Positions 1 through 10,724 of a stretch of DNA of 64,000 nucleotides are shown here, in pieces. Within the stretch, counting starts at the first letter, position 1; each line of letters opens with the position of its first letter. This stretch comes from Carpediemonas membranifera BICM (taxonomy: Eukaryota; Protista; Fornicata): the NCBI GenBank assembly GCA_019828565.1, contig JAHDYR010000038.1:875781-939780 (forward strand), read 5' to 3'. The notes beneath the pieces were generated by a model. The model was not told the DNA's origin and did not search any database. It saw only the letters and a list, made by a program, of their open reading frames with translations. Position numbers and translations under genes: made by a program.

Positions 1-1723
1 TCGATGACATTATTGTCATGGGTCGGGACGAGCCTTCCTACATAAGGAACCTATGGGACGTCCTGAAACGTTGCCAAGAGTATGACCTACACCTAGGTCG
101 CGATAAGTGCGTCTTCGCCGCGGCTGAGGTCGAGTTCCTGGGTCGACTCGTGTCCGGAGACACCGTGAGGATTGCCGAAGACCGCATCGACGACATTAAG
201 AAGCTGAAACTACCGACCAGCAAGCGGTCCGCACAGGCACTCGTCGGTTTCCTCAATTATTTCCGTGACTTCGTGCCCAACTTCGCGTCCCGAGCTCATC
301 CTCTGTTGCAGGTGTCGGCTGGCAAGGCCGAACCCGGTGGGCCGGGTCAGCAAGCGGCCCTGGGCGACGTTATCGCCGAGCTCCTTAAGCGGGTCTCCCT
401 CGTTCACTTCAAGACGGACGCGACACATGTCCTCATGACCGATGCCTCAGACGTGGGATGCGGCGCCGTATTACTACAGGACGGGCAGCCGATCGCTTTC
501 ATGTCCCACGCATTCTCCGCGGTCCAGACTAGGTGGAGTACCACAGAGCAGGAAGCCTACGCAATCATCCTGGCCGTCCAGCGTTGGCGGAAATTCCTCT
601 CGTGGACGCACTTTACCATCCGTACTGATCACCGCAACCTGCTGTTCATGGCCAAGTCCATCAACCCCAAGGTCCGTAGATGGTACGACCAACTAGCTGA
701 CCTCGATTTCACCATACGTCACGTTCCGGGTGTTGACAACGGGGCAGCAGATGGCCTTTCTCGCGTGTTCGCTAACACCCTCGATACCCAAGTCGCGGAC
801 AGGCTGCAGAAGGCGCATCACTTCGCCGGGGCTCACTTGTCCGCCTGGGCGACCAAGAACCTTCTTCGAGACTGGGGCGTACGTGTCCGCCAGAAGGACG
901 TGGACGACTATATCGCCAAGTGCCCAATATGCCAGTTAAGGCGTAAGCCCCCGGCCTCTTCCGATGCGGGTTTGCACACCGCGGTCGAGCACCCCTTCGA
1001 CCGAGTGGCCATGGACACTATGTCCGCTACCTCGTGCACGGTCGACGGCACGACCTATAAGTATATCCTCGTTGTAATAGACATGTGCTCACGTTGGACT
1101 GAGCTTGTCCCGCTCCAGACTACCCGAGCGGTCGAGACGTCCAGGGCGTTTGTCAATAACTGGGTCCTCCGATACGGCGTACCGAAGGTACTGCAGACGG
1201 ATGGAGGATCCCAGTTCGTCAACGCAGTCTTTAACGACCTGAGTGCCCGACTCGGGTTTACAACGAGAAAGACGACGGCTCATCATCCCCAGTCGAATGG
1301 GTTAGTAGAGCGAGCGAATGTGTCGGTTAAGTCCATCCTGACAGCACGTCGTTACCAGTTTAGATCCAATGATTGGGTCCACAGCTTACCGATTGCCCAA
1401 TACCTTGTTAACTCGACCCCTCGAGTCCCTACTCGACTCTCCCCAGCCGAGATCCTGTATGGCACCGAGATGCGAGTGCCAAAGGACATTACCGTTATCG
1501 CGCCGGGTGAGACGTATATCGTTGACCAGCAAGAGGACTGGCTGTCCGAGGCCAAGGCGTACCGGCTCATGGCTGCCGAGCGCATTAAGAGCAAGCGGCT
1601 CCTACAGCAGTACAGGCCGGACGCCCGTGCCACGGTTTCGACTCCGTACGTCCTGGTGGCTTACCCCGACAGACCACCCGACAAATTCGCCGCCGGCCTG
1701 CGTGGCCCAATGGCACTAGTGTC
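1..1723 (+). mobile_element. Ty3/Gypsy (chromovirus-type) LTR retrotransposon 1, pol 5' part (RT C-terminus, RNase H, integrase); cut by the window start and interrupted by a LINE
   Basis: Window opens on the RT motif DDIIVMG. RNase H LMTDASDVGCGAVL...EQEAYAI...TDHRNL. Integrase HHCC (AHH...HLS...CPIC) and DDE core (AMDT, QTDGGSQF, SNGLVERAN). The frame resumes at 8881. Confidence 0.95.
1709..1723. repeat. Target-site duplication of the LINE (second copy 8866-8880)
   Basis: Identical 15-mer on both flanks; removing the insert restores the Gypsy integrase frame. Confidence 0.97.
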
Positions 1724-1757
1724 TTTGAGTTTTTGAGTTTTTGAGTTTATTTTTTGA
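1724..1757 (-). repeat. LINE 3' tail: poly(A)-signal-like AATAAA plus about 3 copies of CTCAAAAA
   Basis: Plus strand reads tttgagtttttgagtttttgagtttattttttga directly against the TSD. Confidence 0.85.
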
Positions 1758-2097
1758 TACAGTGCCGGGGTGTCCACCTCCAGGCACTGGCCACAACCCG
1801 AGCCAGACGAGCGGTGATCAGCCGCAGGAGGGCAACGGTTCTCATAACATTGGAAGCCAGAGCTGCGGCGCCCAAGAGTACTGTTCTGAAGCTGCAGGGA
1901 GAGGAGGGCCTAAAACCCCTTCGAAGAAGGGTAAAAAGATGACCCACGCGGGTCGGCCAGCTCACAACTTCCAGCTCTTGGCGCTGCGGGACTCTGTGCT
2001 CCGAGCCCGATGGGGCTCCCTCAGGACGATGATCGAGGAGGTCCTGAGACCGGGGAGGACGGTGGCGTTTTCCTATGTAAGCGAGGGAACCTACCAG

Positions 2098-4602
2098 TCA
2101 CGCGTCACAAAGTACACTCAACATATGTGTGAGCTTGGCGTCGTCACGCCTGCTCAGGGTCAGGGGGTCCTTGAAAAGGAGGATGGGGTTAATCTTGAAG
2201 TGGTCGCACTTAGCCAAGTGGGTCTGGTTCAGGACAACCCACGTCCTGGATCTCAGCACTGCTAAGGTCTTGGTAGGGGACGTCAGGATCTCAATCACAG
2301 CCGCGGCGATGGCCTCACCCTGACAGAGAGGACATGCCTCAAGAGCTGCGGCGGCTTCCGGTTCATCCTTCAGGTCCTGTAGGATTCCCCTGACCGGCTG
2401 CCACGCGTCAGGAAGAGCCCCTCTCGTTGGCATTGGTAGACACGATAGCCGTAGCATCGCGAGGCGCTTCGCTAGCCCAGCCGTTAGATGGTCGAGGTAT
2501 GGCTGCCTGGCCGGGTAGTTAGAGCGGGTAAAAGGGCGGGTGAGTGCCGACTCCGTGACGTATCTCCTGACAGCCACTTTGTTACCACGGCAGATTATGT
2601 CGTGAGAGAGCTGGGCTGCTCGACAGGCTGCTAGGTCAAGGCTGTCGGAGTGGGACAGGCCAAGGCTGCCTTGTGCCTCAGCAATGCAGTCTGGGAGATC
2701 CTTGCCCGGATGGATTCTCGCCCATCTCACCCCTTGCTTGAATCTGTCCAGCAGGAGCATTGCCTCTGGATGCAGCCAGCCTAGCTCCAGGTACTTCGCC
2801 TCCGATGCAGTTGGGCTGATCCTTAGGGCTGCCGATGCAAGCTTGCCTACCTGGGAGACAGCCTTATGATTAGCCCAGACGCTCCACCCGTACAGCAGCT
2901 TGGGGAGGGTGTAGACCTCTACAATGCGAGGACAGAACTTGGAGTGCATCACGCCGCTAGCTCTCAGTAGTCGTAGCTCTCTGTCTATCCTTTCGCCCAT
3001 AGTCCTATTCTGGGTGGAGAAGTCTCGGGACGTATCGAAGAGGACCCCTAGGAGCTTGACCGCGTCTCTCTTAATGACTGGATTGCCATGGATGGTGAGG
3101 GAGGGGGTGTCGTCCTCTGAGACATAGGTGGTCTTATCGTTGGGCTCCAAGGATAGCGCTAGCATGCATGTCCATGCCGCCGTAAGTGCTGCCTCCAACC
3201 ACTTAAGGGAGGGAGCTACTATTGTAATGTCATCAACGAACAGGACTGTGACAATCCAGGGAACGCACGGCCTTGCTGCCACTCGTCTCAGGGTCTCTAT
3301 GTCGGGAGGAAGCTTCTCAATTGCTTCCTTCCCTAGAGCGGTTAAGCTTGCAATGATGTGAGGGACTTCCGCAAGGTATCTTGTGAAGATGAAGGGAGCA
3401 GTGGTGCATCCTTGCCGTACTCCTGTGTTGGTAGCGGCGCTAGTGCTGCTACCTCGCATAGAGATCCTTGTGTGCAAATGCATCTCCTTCAACATCTCAA
3501 TGGCCCTTCTGTTCCCCCCTCAACGAGTCCAATGCATCTCTCCTCGGGACACGGTCAAAGGCCTTAGCCACGTCCAGAGTCCCAATGTGGGTCGCTTTGA
3601 ACCCACGTCTCGCGTGCTCAATAGCCCATAGTGCATCAACCGATGAAACACCCGGCCTTGCACCGTATTGTTCAGGGGGGAAGAGGGTTGTCTCGGTCAA
3701 TCGTGCGGATCATCATTGTGCCGAGCACCTTGTGGGCTGTGGAAAGTAGGGAGATAGGTCTGAACGCCACAGGAGCATCGCTAGTAGAGCCGGGCTTTTT
3801 CAATGGAATTACCACGGCGGTATGCCACTCTGCTGGGGTCTTGAGTTGGTCAATGCACTTCTGTAGCAGAGTCTTGAGCGCCTCCTTGAGGACTGGGCAA
3901 TATTTGAAAATTGCCGGGGTTAGTCCATCACTGCCTGGGGCTGATCTATTCTTGGCAGATTTGAGAGCCCCTTCCAGGAGAGTGTCCGTGATTTCGAGCT
4001 CTATATCGGGGCGAGAGATGGATGGTTCTACTGCTCCTGCCACATATGATACTGACGCATACCACTCCTCGAAGGCCTTGGCTACTTCTTCTCGGTTGGT
4101 GATCACTCTGCCTCCTACTGTGGTGGTAGCAGGAAGGCCGGGTCCTCTGAGTAAGCCTTCCAGGTCTCTGCGAAGACCAGACACTCTGGCCTGCCCCTTC
4201 AAAAAGCTTCCAATGGACGTATCTAAAGAATTCAGGGGACATGACATCCATGCTCTCAGAGACTCGCTTGGCTCGGGCATGGTAGGCTTTGAGTGTTGAG
4301 TGGGCGTGGCTCTCCGAGGATGCTAACGCTACTGATAGCATTGCTGATGATAGCTCAGAGCACACGAGAGCTTTGGGGCCTCTGCTCGTCCTCTCCTTGA
4401 GCTGATGTTGGTGGCGATGATCCTCAATGATGAGCTCATAGAGCCGTTCAGGGGAAATACCGATCTGCTCTCCGGCGACAAACCAGTGGTCGTAGTCTTC
4501 TGCTCTCTCGACTTCTCTCACTTCATGTGAGGCCGCAGTGTCCACCAACGCCCATCGGTTGATAGTCGACGTCAGGCTTTTGAAAGGCTTGGTCGACATC
4601 AA
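2098..4602 (-). pseudogene. LINE reverse transcriptase region (frameshifted as assembled) with C-terminal Cys/His motif
   Basis: SAPGSDGL, PAEWHTAVVIPLKKPG, FRPISLLS, QYGARPG, LDVAKAFDRV, GVRQGCTTAP, LFVDDITI, KLLGVLFD, then CPLC...HLAKC. Split across ORFs 3946-4602, 3672-4280, 3497-3700 and 2098-3495. Confidence 0.9.
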
Positions 4603-6187
4603 GGTGGCTGATGTTCCTCAGGAGAGTCCTCGCCTTTCGATGATCCTTGCTGCATTCAAGTACGTTAGCCACATGTCTTTCGTTGAGGACTGCTGTTGCC
4701 TTGCTCCTCGTGCGAAAGTAACCCGTTATGCCTGATCTTGCTACAACCGCTCTGTGTCCTTTGGGTTCAAGGGATACTGTGAGCGGCTTCTTGATGAGAT
4801 CAGCCAGCTTAGGTGTTGCTGCGATGCCATCAATTACTCTGTCCATGAAGGTCGGGCCGTCGGGCACTACCAGTCTCAAGCCACACTCCTTTAGGGTGGT
4901 AGCCCACAGCGTCGATGGATCTAGTAGGTTCGTGTTGAAGTCTCCCATGACAAGAACTTGGAGCCCTTGCTCAATAGCTTTCTTCACCTCGGAGGACAGT
5001 AGAGTGTGGAACTCTTTCTTGGCTTGTGCTCCCGTGCATGGACTATAGATGGACATGACACGGACCTTCAGTTTGCCAGCTGTTACAAACACGCAGCCTA
5101 GGTCAGCTTGAATCAACCTTGGAGAGTGGGGTTGGTTCTCGACGTATGTGCAGAGCTCAGCTAATTCCTTCCTCAGCATGATGCCTACGCCTAGATGCTT
5201 TGTCTCGGACTCTGACTTGATCACTCCGTGGTATAGCAGGACCTTGTCATTCGTTGTGGGCAGCTCCGGGGACTGGGCCCACCACCATAGCTCCTGAATG
5301 GCCATGATGTCCACGTCTTGTACTAGAGCAAGAGTCATCTTGGTGATGTTGAGTGATGTGCAATTCCACGAGTAGAGGTGACCATTTACTGGTCGTCTAC
5401 CTGCTTGACTTCGCCCTCTCTGATTCCTGAAGGTCGCAGGCGAGACTCGCGTGGCTAAGCTTGGAGCTGGCGTGGAAGAAGCCGGTGGCTCAACCTTACT
5501 CCAGTTACCGTCGTGAGCTCGGGCACTCTGGAGAGCTTTGAACACCGGAGAAAGGTCCCACGCTTCGCTGACCCATGCTGTTTCTGCCTTCTGTATGAGG
5601 GCATCCATGTCTCCTCGAGTCATGGGCCCTCTCAGTCTGACTTTGCGGAGCCCTCGCACTGGCTTGTTGGGGATTCTCGGGACTAGAAACCAATGATCCG
5701 GCGCTCTGTAGGACCTCTTGACTACTCCTTTGGAGTTGTCTGCCGAGGGAGGAACGTTGAGAGCCAGAAGCTCTGCAGCAGATTGCGGTAGGTCTCGGTG
5801 AGGAGGGCACTCCCAGTAAACTTGCTGAGCCGTCAACTGATTGCTGAAGGAGCTGTCGTTATTCACCGTCGCTATCCTGATGAATGGCTGTTCTAGGCTG
5901 TTTGGAGGGACTATGCCTGCCGCATCCGCCACCGCTATCATCTTGGCAAGAGGATCAAACCATTCCCACCCTCGCCGAGCTGGGCTCCGCACTGCAATAA
6001 ATTGACGGCACGTCATAGCCTGTCTGGCCCTATCACCTGTGGGGAAGGAGCAGCCACCCTTAGGTGCTATTACGTACTCCTTGAGGATGTGGTGCAGCTC
6101 CTCAAGCGTTGGCAGGTGGAGGTCTTGGAGTAGTAGCACGGCCAGGTCGGGCAGGAGAGAGGACCAGTTGCCGATGAGGACATCCAA
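4523..6187 (-). CDS. LINE polyprotein segment containing the apurinic-like (APE) endonuclease, about 4740-5380
   Basis: SWNCTSL, DIMAIQE, GVGIML, SIYSP, VMGDFN, PTF..RVID, GHRAV motifs. Confidence 0.88.
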   Translation of the reverse strand: MDVLIGNWSSLLPDLAVLLLQDLHLPTLEELHHILKEYVIAPKGGCSFPTGDRARQAMTCRQFIAVRSPARRGWEWFDPLAKMIAVADAAGIVPPNSLEQPFIRIATVNNDSSFSNQLTAQQVYWECPPHRDLPQSAAELLALNVPPSADNSKGVVKRSYRAPDHWFLVPRIPNKPVRGLRKVRLRGPMTRGDMDALIQKAETAWVSEAWDLSPVFKALQSARAHDGNWSKVEPPASSTPAPSLATRVSPATFRNQRGRSQAGRRPVNGHLYSWNCTSLNITKMTLALVQDVDIMAIQELWWWAQSPELPTTNDKVLLYHGVIKSESETKHLGVGIMLRKELAELCTYVENQPHSPRLIQADLGCVFVTAGKLKVRVMSIYSPCTGAQAKKEFHTLLSSEVKKAIEQGLQVLVMGDFNTNLLDPSTLWATTLKECGLRLVVPDGPTFMDRVIDGIAATPKLADLIKKPLTVSLEPKGHRAVVARSGITGYFRTRSKATAVLNERHVANVLECSKDHRKARTLLRNISHLDVDQAFQKPDVDYQPMGVGGHCGLT

Positions 6188-6203
6188 GTCTTTCCTCCAT
6201 GCA

Positions 6204-6968
6204 TCAGTGATTTCCAGAGTACGTGGATGTGATAGCTCCCCTAGATGTTCGGTCGAGACATGAGACTGTGTGCAGTACCGCCGCGAAAGCTACAGTGTCA
6301 CTGAGAGCACAATGGTAGCCTGGATCTGTTCCAATGTGGTACGGGCAGGGGCACTTCACCATTGTGAGACATTGGGCTATCGACATCGCCTCAGAGAACT
6401 CGGGTGAACGGCAGTAGTCATGGATATGCCCAAAGGATCTTTTGTCTATGGACTCTAGATCACTTATGTCATAGACCTTGTCAAGGAAGGGGGCATCGCT
6501 TTCCGAGACCCATGACTCTAGGACGGAGTTCTCAAGTCTCGGGTCTTTGGCGACCATGATGCAGTTCGGGAGGGAGCTCACTATGACCGTGAGGTGGTGA
6601 AGCCAGTCGGTCGGGCTGGGGAATGAGATCCCGGGGTGGTCGGGGTGTACTCTGAAGCTCATGGGAGGACACCCATGAACAACTGCCGCTTGGTATAAAG
6701 CTGTCTGCATTAACTGCGCTGGGATATCAACTTCTAAGCCGCCCCAGTGGACCCCTGCGACGTCCCACATCATTATCCCCGTTTCAGGATCCTTGACGCG
6801 GGCTAGGAGTGTGGCGCCGGCCTCTACGGGATATGAGACGCGACTCTGTTTGGTGGCTCTGCGGTCTACGGCAGTTCCTAGTCCTTCAAAGTCGACCACT
6901 AGGATATGAGAAACAGGACCCTCTCTCTTGCCAGACAAGCCTATGAGAGCGCCATGGACGCCATCACG
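6204..6968 (-). CDS. LINE polyprotein segment: Maelstrom-like DEDDh exonuclease domain
   Basis: ILVVDFEG, YPVEAGA, GVHW, VVHGCP, CPYH...HCALSD. This fits the DEDDh acidic residues plus the E-H-H-C-H-C set of Maelstrom domains. Motif-level call. Confidence 0.65.
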   Translation of the reverse strand, partial: RDGVHGALIGLSGKREGPVSHILVVDFEGLGTAVDRRATKQSRVSYPVEAGATLLARVKDPETGIMMWDVAGVHWGGLEVDIPAQLMQTALYQAAVVHGCPPMSFRVHPDHPGISFPSPTDWLHHLTVIVSSLPNCIMVAKDPRLENSVLESWVSESDAPFLDKVYDISDLESIDKRSFGHIHDYCRSPEFSEAMSIAQCLTMVKCPCPYHIGTDPGYHCALSDTVAFAAVLHTVSCLDRTSRGAITSTYSGNH

Positions 6969-7304
6969 GTTGTTGCGGGCCACACTAGAGGGGGGCGCTA
7001 TCGAGGCCTTCAGCGGCGATGTTGTTGCGGGCCACACTAGAGGGGGCGCTATCGAGGCCTTCAGCGGCGATGTTGTTGCGGGCCACACTAGAGGGGGCGC
7101 TATCGAGGCCTTCAGCGGCGATGTTGTTGCGGGCCACACTAGAGGGGGGCGCTATCGAGGCCTCCAGCGGCGATGTTGTTGCGGGCCACACTAGAGGGGG
7201 CGCTATCGAGGCCTTCAGCGGCGATGTTGTTGCGGGCCACACTAGAGGGGGGCGCTATCGAGGCCTTCAGCGGCGATGTTGTTGCGAGCCACACTAGAGG
7301 GGGC
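6969..7304. repeat. Tandem repeat, 51-bp unit, about 6.5 copies, coding a 17-aa repeat (PSSVARNNIAAEGLDSA) in the LINE polyprotein
   Basis: Unit gttgttgcgggccacactagagggggcgctatcgaggccttcagcggcgat. Copies differ mainly in G-run length. Confidence 0.95.
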
Positions 7305-8856
7305 TCTTCTTGGACGATATTCAGCATATTGCAGGCGCCTTGCTTCTGCGCTCCTCACAGACGGAAAAAGAGGCGTGAAGTGCAGAGCACTCAGTCTAAT
7401 GAGGATGTAATCGGTTTTGAGCATCGTTTTGAGCGCGTCAATATTGAGAGGAAGTGTAGAGAACTCGGATAATGCTGGGATGGTTACTGAGACTGTGTTG
7501 GCATCATATCGATGAGCAATAAGCACATTTTTTCCAAAAGAGCGATGCAATATTGCGGAGGTCTGTGGTGGATAGGAAGGCACTACCAATGTCGCTAGCG
7601 GTGGTGTGTGTGGTTAAAGTGCGCACCGTGGATCTCCACGAGGAGTTAAGATCCACTGTACCATTCTGGATGGCGGAGGCAAGTTTCGACACGGCTTCTC
7701 GTCTCGTCAGGCCCGTCATACCCAGAGAGACAGCAAGTGAGTGAAGGCCACAGTTGCCGTCGGCGTGAACTGGGATGCTCATGAGAGGGCCCCAACGGGC
7801 GTTAGGCTCCTCAGCTACGATCGGGGATGATGGATAAATGCTGTTCTCTTCGCAAGACGATATTTCTTTCCGAATCTGCCGCGCAACCTCTTCCACGCTA
7901 ACAGGGATCGGGCTTGCGAGCTCAACATCAGAGTTTGAACAGGAACTTATGGATATAGTAGAGTCATCGACTGGATAGGCCTTCCGGCGAATGGGAGAGA
8001 TAAGGCTGTCTGATAAGGTATTCGATAAGGAAGACTGAAGGTCGGCCGCTGTGGCTCCACCCCATTCGGCATAAAGCTCAGTCATCGCATGTCCTCCCAA
8101 CACGGGAGAGGCGCCATACAGTAAGTGGATTACCTCGAGGCCCATGAACGGCGTGAGGTTGAGACCATCCGGAGATACAATGGGGCCGGGCCGGCCGGAG
8201 TGAGCGATGCGGGGACCAAGAGGCTCTCTTTGACCGACTGCCTGCCATGTCAGGCTCGGAGAGTTCGGGACAGTGGATATGGTTGGAGGCCAAGGATCGT
8301 TCCGTTGGTCTAACACTGTAGGGCATCTGGCGGAGATGAAATCTGCGAACTTGCTCCAGTCCATGCTGCTAGCTGGGGGGAGTCCCGTGAACCTGCAGTG
8401 GATTAGGGCAGCCTTAAGCGTTCCAACCGTGTGGACAAGATCATAGGCAATGAGGGGAAAGAGTTTGAGGATACCTTCCCGGATGGAGAGCCCAAATGCA
8501 GCTGCAAGGTGCTCAGCATCTTGGAGTAGGTCATTACAGGCATCCTTAGCCCGCTTATAGCGGGCGTTGTCCCGTTTTAGGTTTGGGATTGCCACCGAGA
8601 CGAAATTGCCCGTCGATGAGTGTGTTGCAAGCTCAGTTTTGAAGGGATGGATGATTACGGGGTCCCCAATAAAGGCAATGCCTGCTAGTAGTTGTCTTTT
8701 GAGGACAGGAGGGGCGGATGAAACATATTTGAGGTGCTTCCTCGTCAGGAAGCGTTGGTCGGCGATACTGCTTTGAGCAGCAGTGGTACTTTGTGGTTGC
8801 GGACCAGTGTCTTTCGCTAAGATTGGGCCTCTGTAGCCAGAACTACTTTTGCCCAT
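7305..8856 (-). CDS. LINE polyprotein N-terminal region with OTU-like cysteine protease (about 7370-7775)
   Basis: Starts MGKSSS 9 nt inside the 5' end. PVHADGNCGLHSLAVSLG (catalytic Cys)...LRNIASLF, a frameshift near 7530 in homopolymer runs, then GKNVLI...ILIRLSALHFTPL (catalytic His). Confidence 0.75.
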
Positions 8857-8865
8857 GGTGCGGAA

Positions 8866-9232
8866 AATGGCACTAGTGTCGGTGCACCAGGAGTACAACA
8901 AGGTTGTTGCCTATACTGTGCGTGACCTTGAATCTCTGAAGCAGTTCAGGGTCGACGCTTCCCGGGTCCTCCCGTTCGATCACGGCGACATGTCCGTGGA
9001 GCAAGTTACTCGCTTGGCTAACACTGTTGCGGCCGAGTATATACCGAGCAAGATTGTGAAGTCCCGGCCCGACTCCGGTCCGGTCGAGAATCGCGAATAC
9101 TTGGTTGAGTGGCTGGGCTATGAGCCGGACGAAGCTTCGTGGGAGCCATTCGAGAATGTCGATGGCTGTGACAAGTTTGAGGACTTTCTTGAGCAGAGAG
9201 AACTACACCGTGCTGCGCACTCCAGGCAGTAA
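8866..9232 (+). mobile_element. Gypsy 1 pol 3' part: integrase C-terminus with chromodomain
   Basis: Continues GP-MALVS-VHQEY across the duplicated target. EYIPSKIV...EYLVEWLGYEPDEASWEPFENV is a chromodomain. Confidence 0.92.
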
Positions 9233-9251
9233 ACGGATTCTCAATCAAGAT

Positions 9252-10372
9252 TTATTGGTAGTCGTCATCGGACTCGTCGTCAGGGCCCTTGATCCAGTCC
9301 TCGAGCTCAAAGTCGATCAGATACTCGCGAGCCACGCTGACGGCAGCGAGGGTCTCGTCCAGACCAGTGCAGGTAGGGGCAGTGTAGCCCGCGTACTGAA
9401 CGTGAAGAATGAGTCGGCGGTCGGATCCAGCCGTCAGGATCTCGTGACCCAGCACGTCAAGGACCTCGTACTCGCGCTCAGGGTCAGAGACCTGCATGGC
9501 CAGACCGAGCCGCTCCGGCAGGGACGGAAGCTCGTCCATGGCGCGGAGGTTAGCGACCAGGGCGGCCCAGTGAGTGGCGGTGACTGAGACGTTCTCGCTA
9601 CGCTCCCCGTGGAGGAACAAGCGGTAGTAGTCTGGGGCGAGGGCCAAGACGGCGACCCGGTACAGGGTGCGGCGGGCCAGGCTCTGGCCGCAGCCGAGAG
9701 CGCGGGAGAGCGAGAACAGGGTCTCCGGGGTGACGTACCTGTTTGAGCCGTTGCCCTTGAGATCGAAAACGCCGGCGTCAACGGCGTCGCGGACTATGCC
9801 GGAGTCGGTTTCGGCACGGCTGCGAGACGCCTCCCGCAGGAAGCGGAGCGCACGATGCTCTCGCTGGAGCTGGACCAGCAGGCCGGCTGACAGATCGAGC
9901 AAGCCGCCTGCGTCCTTGCTCCACAGCGTGCCGGTGGAGAGGTGATCGAAGATCCCCTCGAGGGGCACCTCAACGAAGTTAACGTAGCCAGCCAAGCACC
10001 GTCGAACCACATCGGCGAGCTGGTCTGCCTGCTTCGTGAAGCACCCCTCCATCACACCCCCCACCGGCACACGGCAGAGCTCCCGAGCGGAAGTTGCCGG
10101 CACGGTGAAGATCCTAGGTAAGAAGAATAGAGGCGCACAAACCGCATCATGGGCATCTGGGAGGCATTCCCGCCGCTCTTGCGGATGGCCCTCTTCTGCA
10201 GGGCGCTCATCGTGCGGGCCTTATAGCGTTGCGTCCGAGCAATCGTCGCAAGGGCATTTTCGAGCACCTTGCGATAATCGTCATCAGTTAACTCCATCGA
10301 AAGCTCACGAATTTGGTCGAGCGCACGCGTATCCGCCATGTTTGGCCGCTTTTCCTCAGGAAAAAGCGACAT
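9252..10372 (-). CDS. Antisense accessory gene in the Gypsy 1 3' region, one 29-nt intron (10114-10142), C-terminal chromodomain-like fold
   Basis: Intron GTTTGT...CTTACCTAG joins ORF 10052-10423 to ORF 9252-10103 in frame (MMR|IFTVPATS). C-terminus EYEVLDVLGHE...LHVQYAGYTAPT...EYL. The start could be at 10423. Confidence 0.7.
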
Positions 10373-10724
10373 ATCCTGCACTTTTCCCAAATGACGAATG
10401 GAAGTGCCCATAGTGATCCCCATGACGGACTATTCACAATATTTATATCTCAAACACAGTCCACGAGACTTCTACCGTCCGTGGAGCAGTGCTTATGATG
10501 TTGGTTAACTTTCGGTACAGCGCAGAACAAAAAGAGTCAGAACTCGCCAACGAAGCCGAATTGGGGCTCGAAAACCCCTTTTTCGGGCACTGTGTAAGAA
10601 TGGGGCGGATCAGCCCAACGTACCAGAACTTTCTGTATGAGCGATGGCGAAATGCCTAAAAATGCTCGGGGCCAGAATTCCCGAGTCGAGCGCGAGCCCC
10701 AGAGTGCCCGCGAGGGGGCGGGGC

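Larger units (their letters stand above)
1724..8865 (-). mobile_element. Non-LTR retrotransposon (APE-type LINE), about 7.14 kb, inserted in Gypsy 1 integrase
   Basis: Perfect 15-bp TSD AATGGCACTAGTGTC at 1709-1723 and 8866-8880. The 3' end (minus strand) is AATAAA followed by (CTCAAAAA)n. APE and RT motifs are internal. Confidence 0.95.

Noticed and set aside
1741-2265. 174-aa plus-strand ORF after the Gypsy integrase
   Set aside because: It lies antisense to the LINE 3' UTR and RT end; the true integrase continuation is at 8881.
6969-7304. CRISPR-like array
   Set aside because: Units are contiguous with no unique spacers and lie in frame within a LINE protein; no cas genes.
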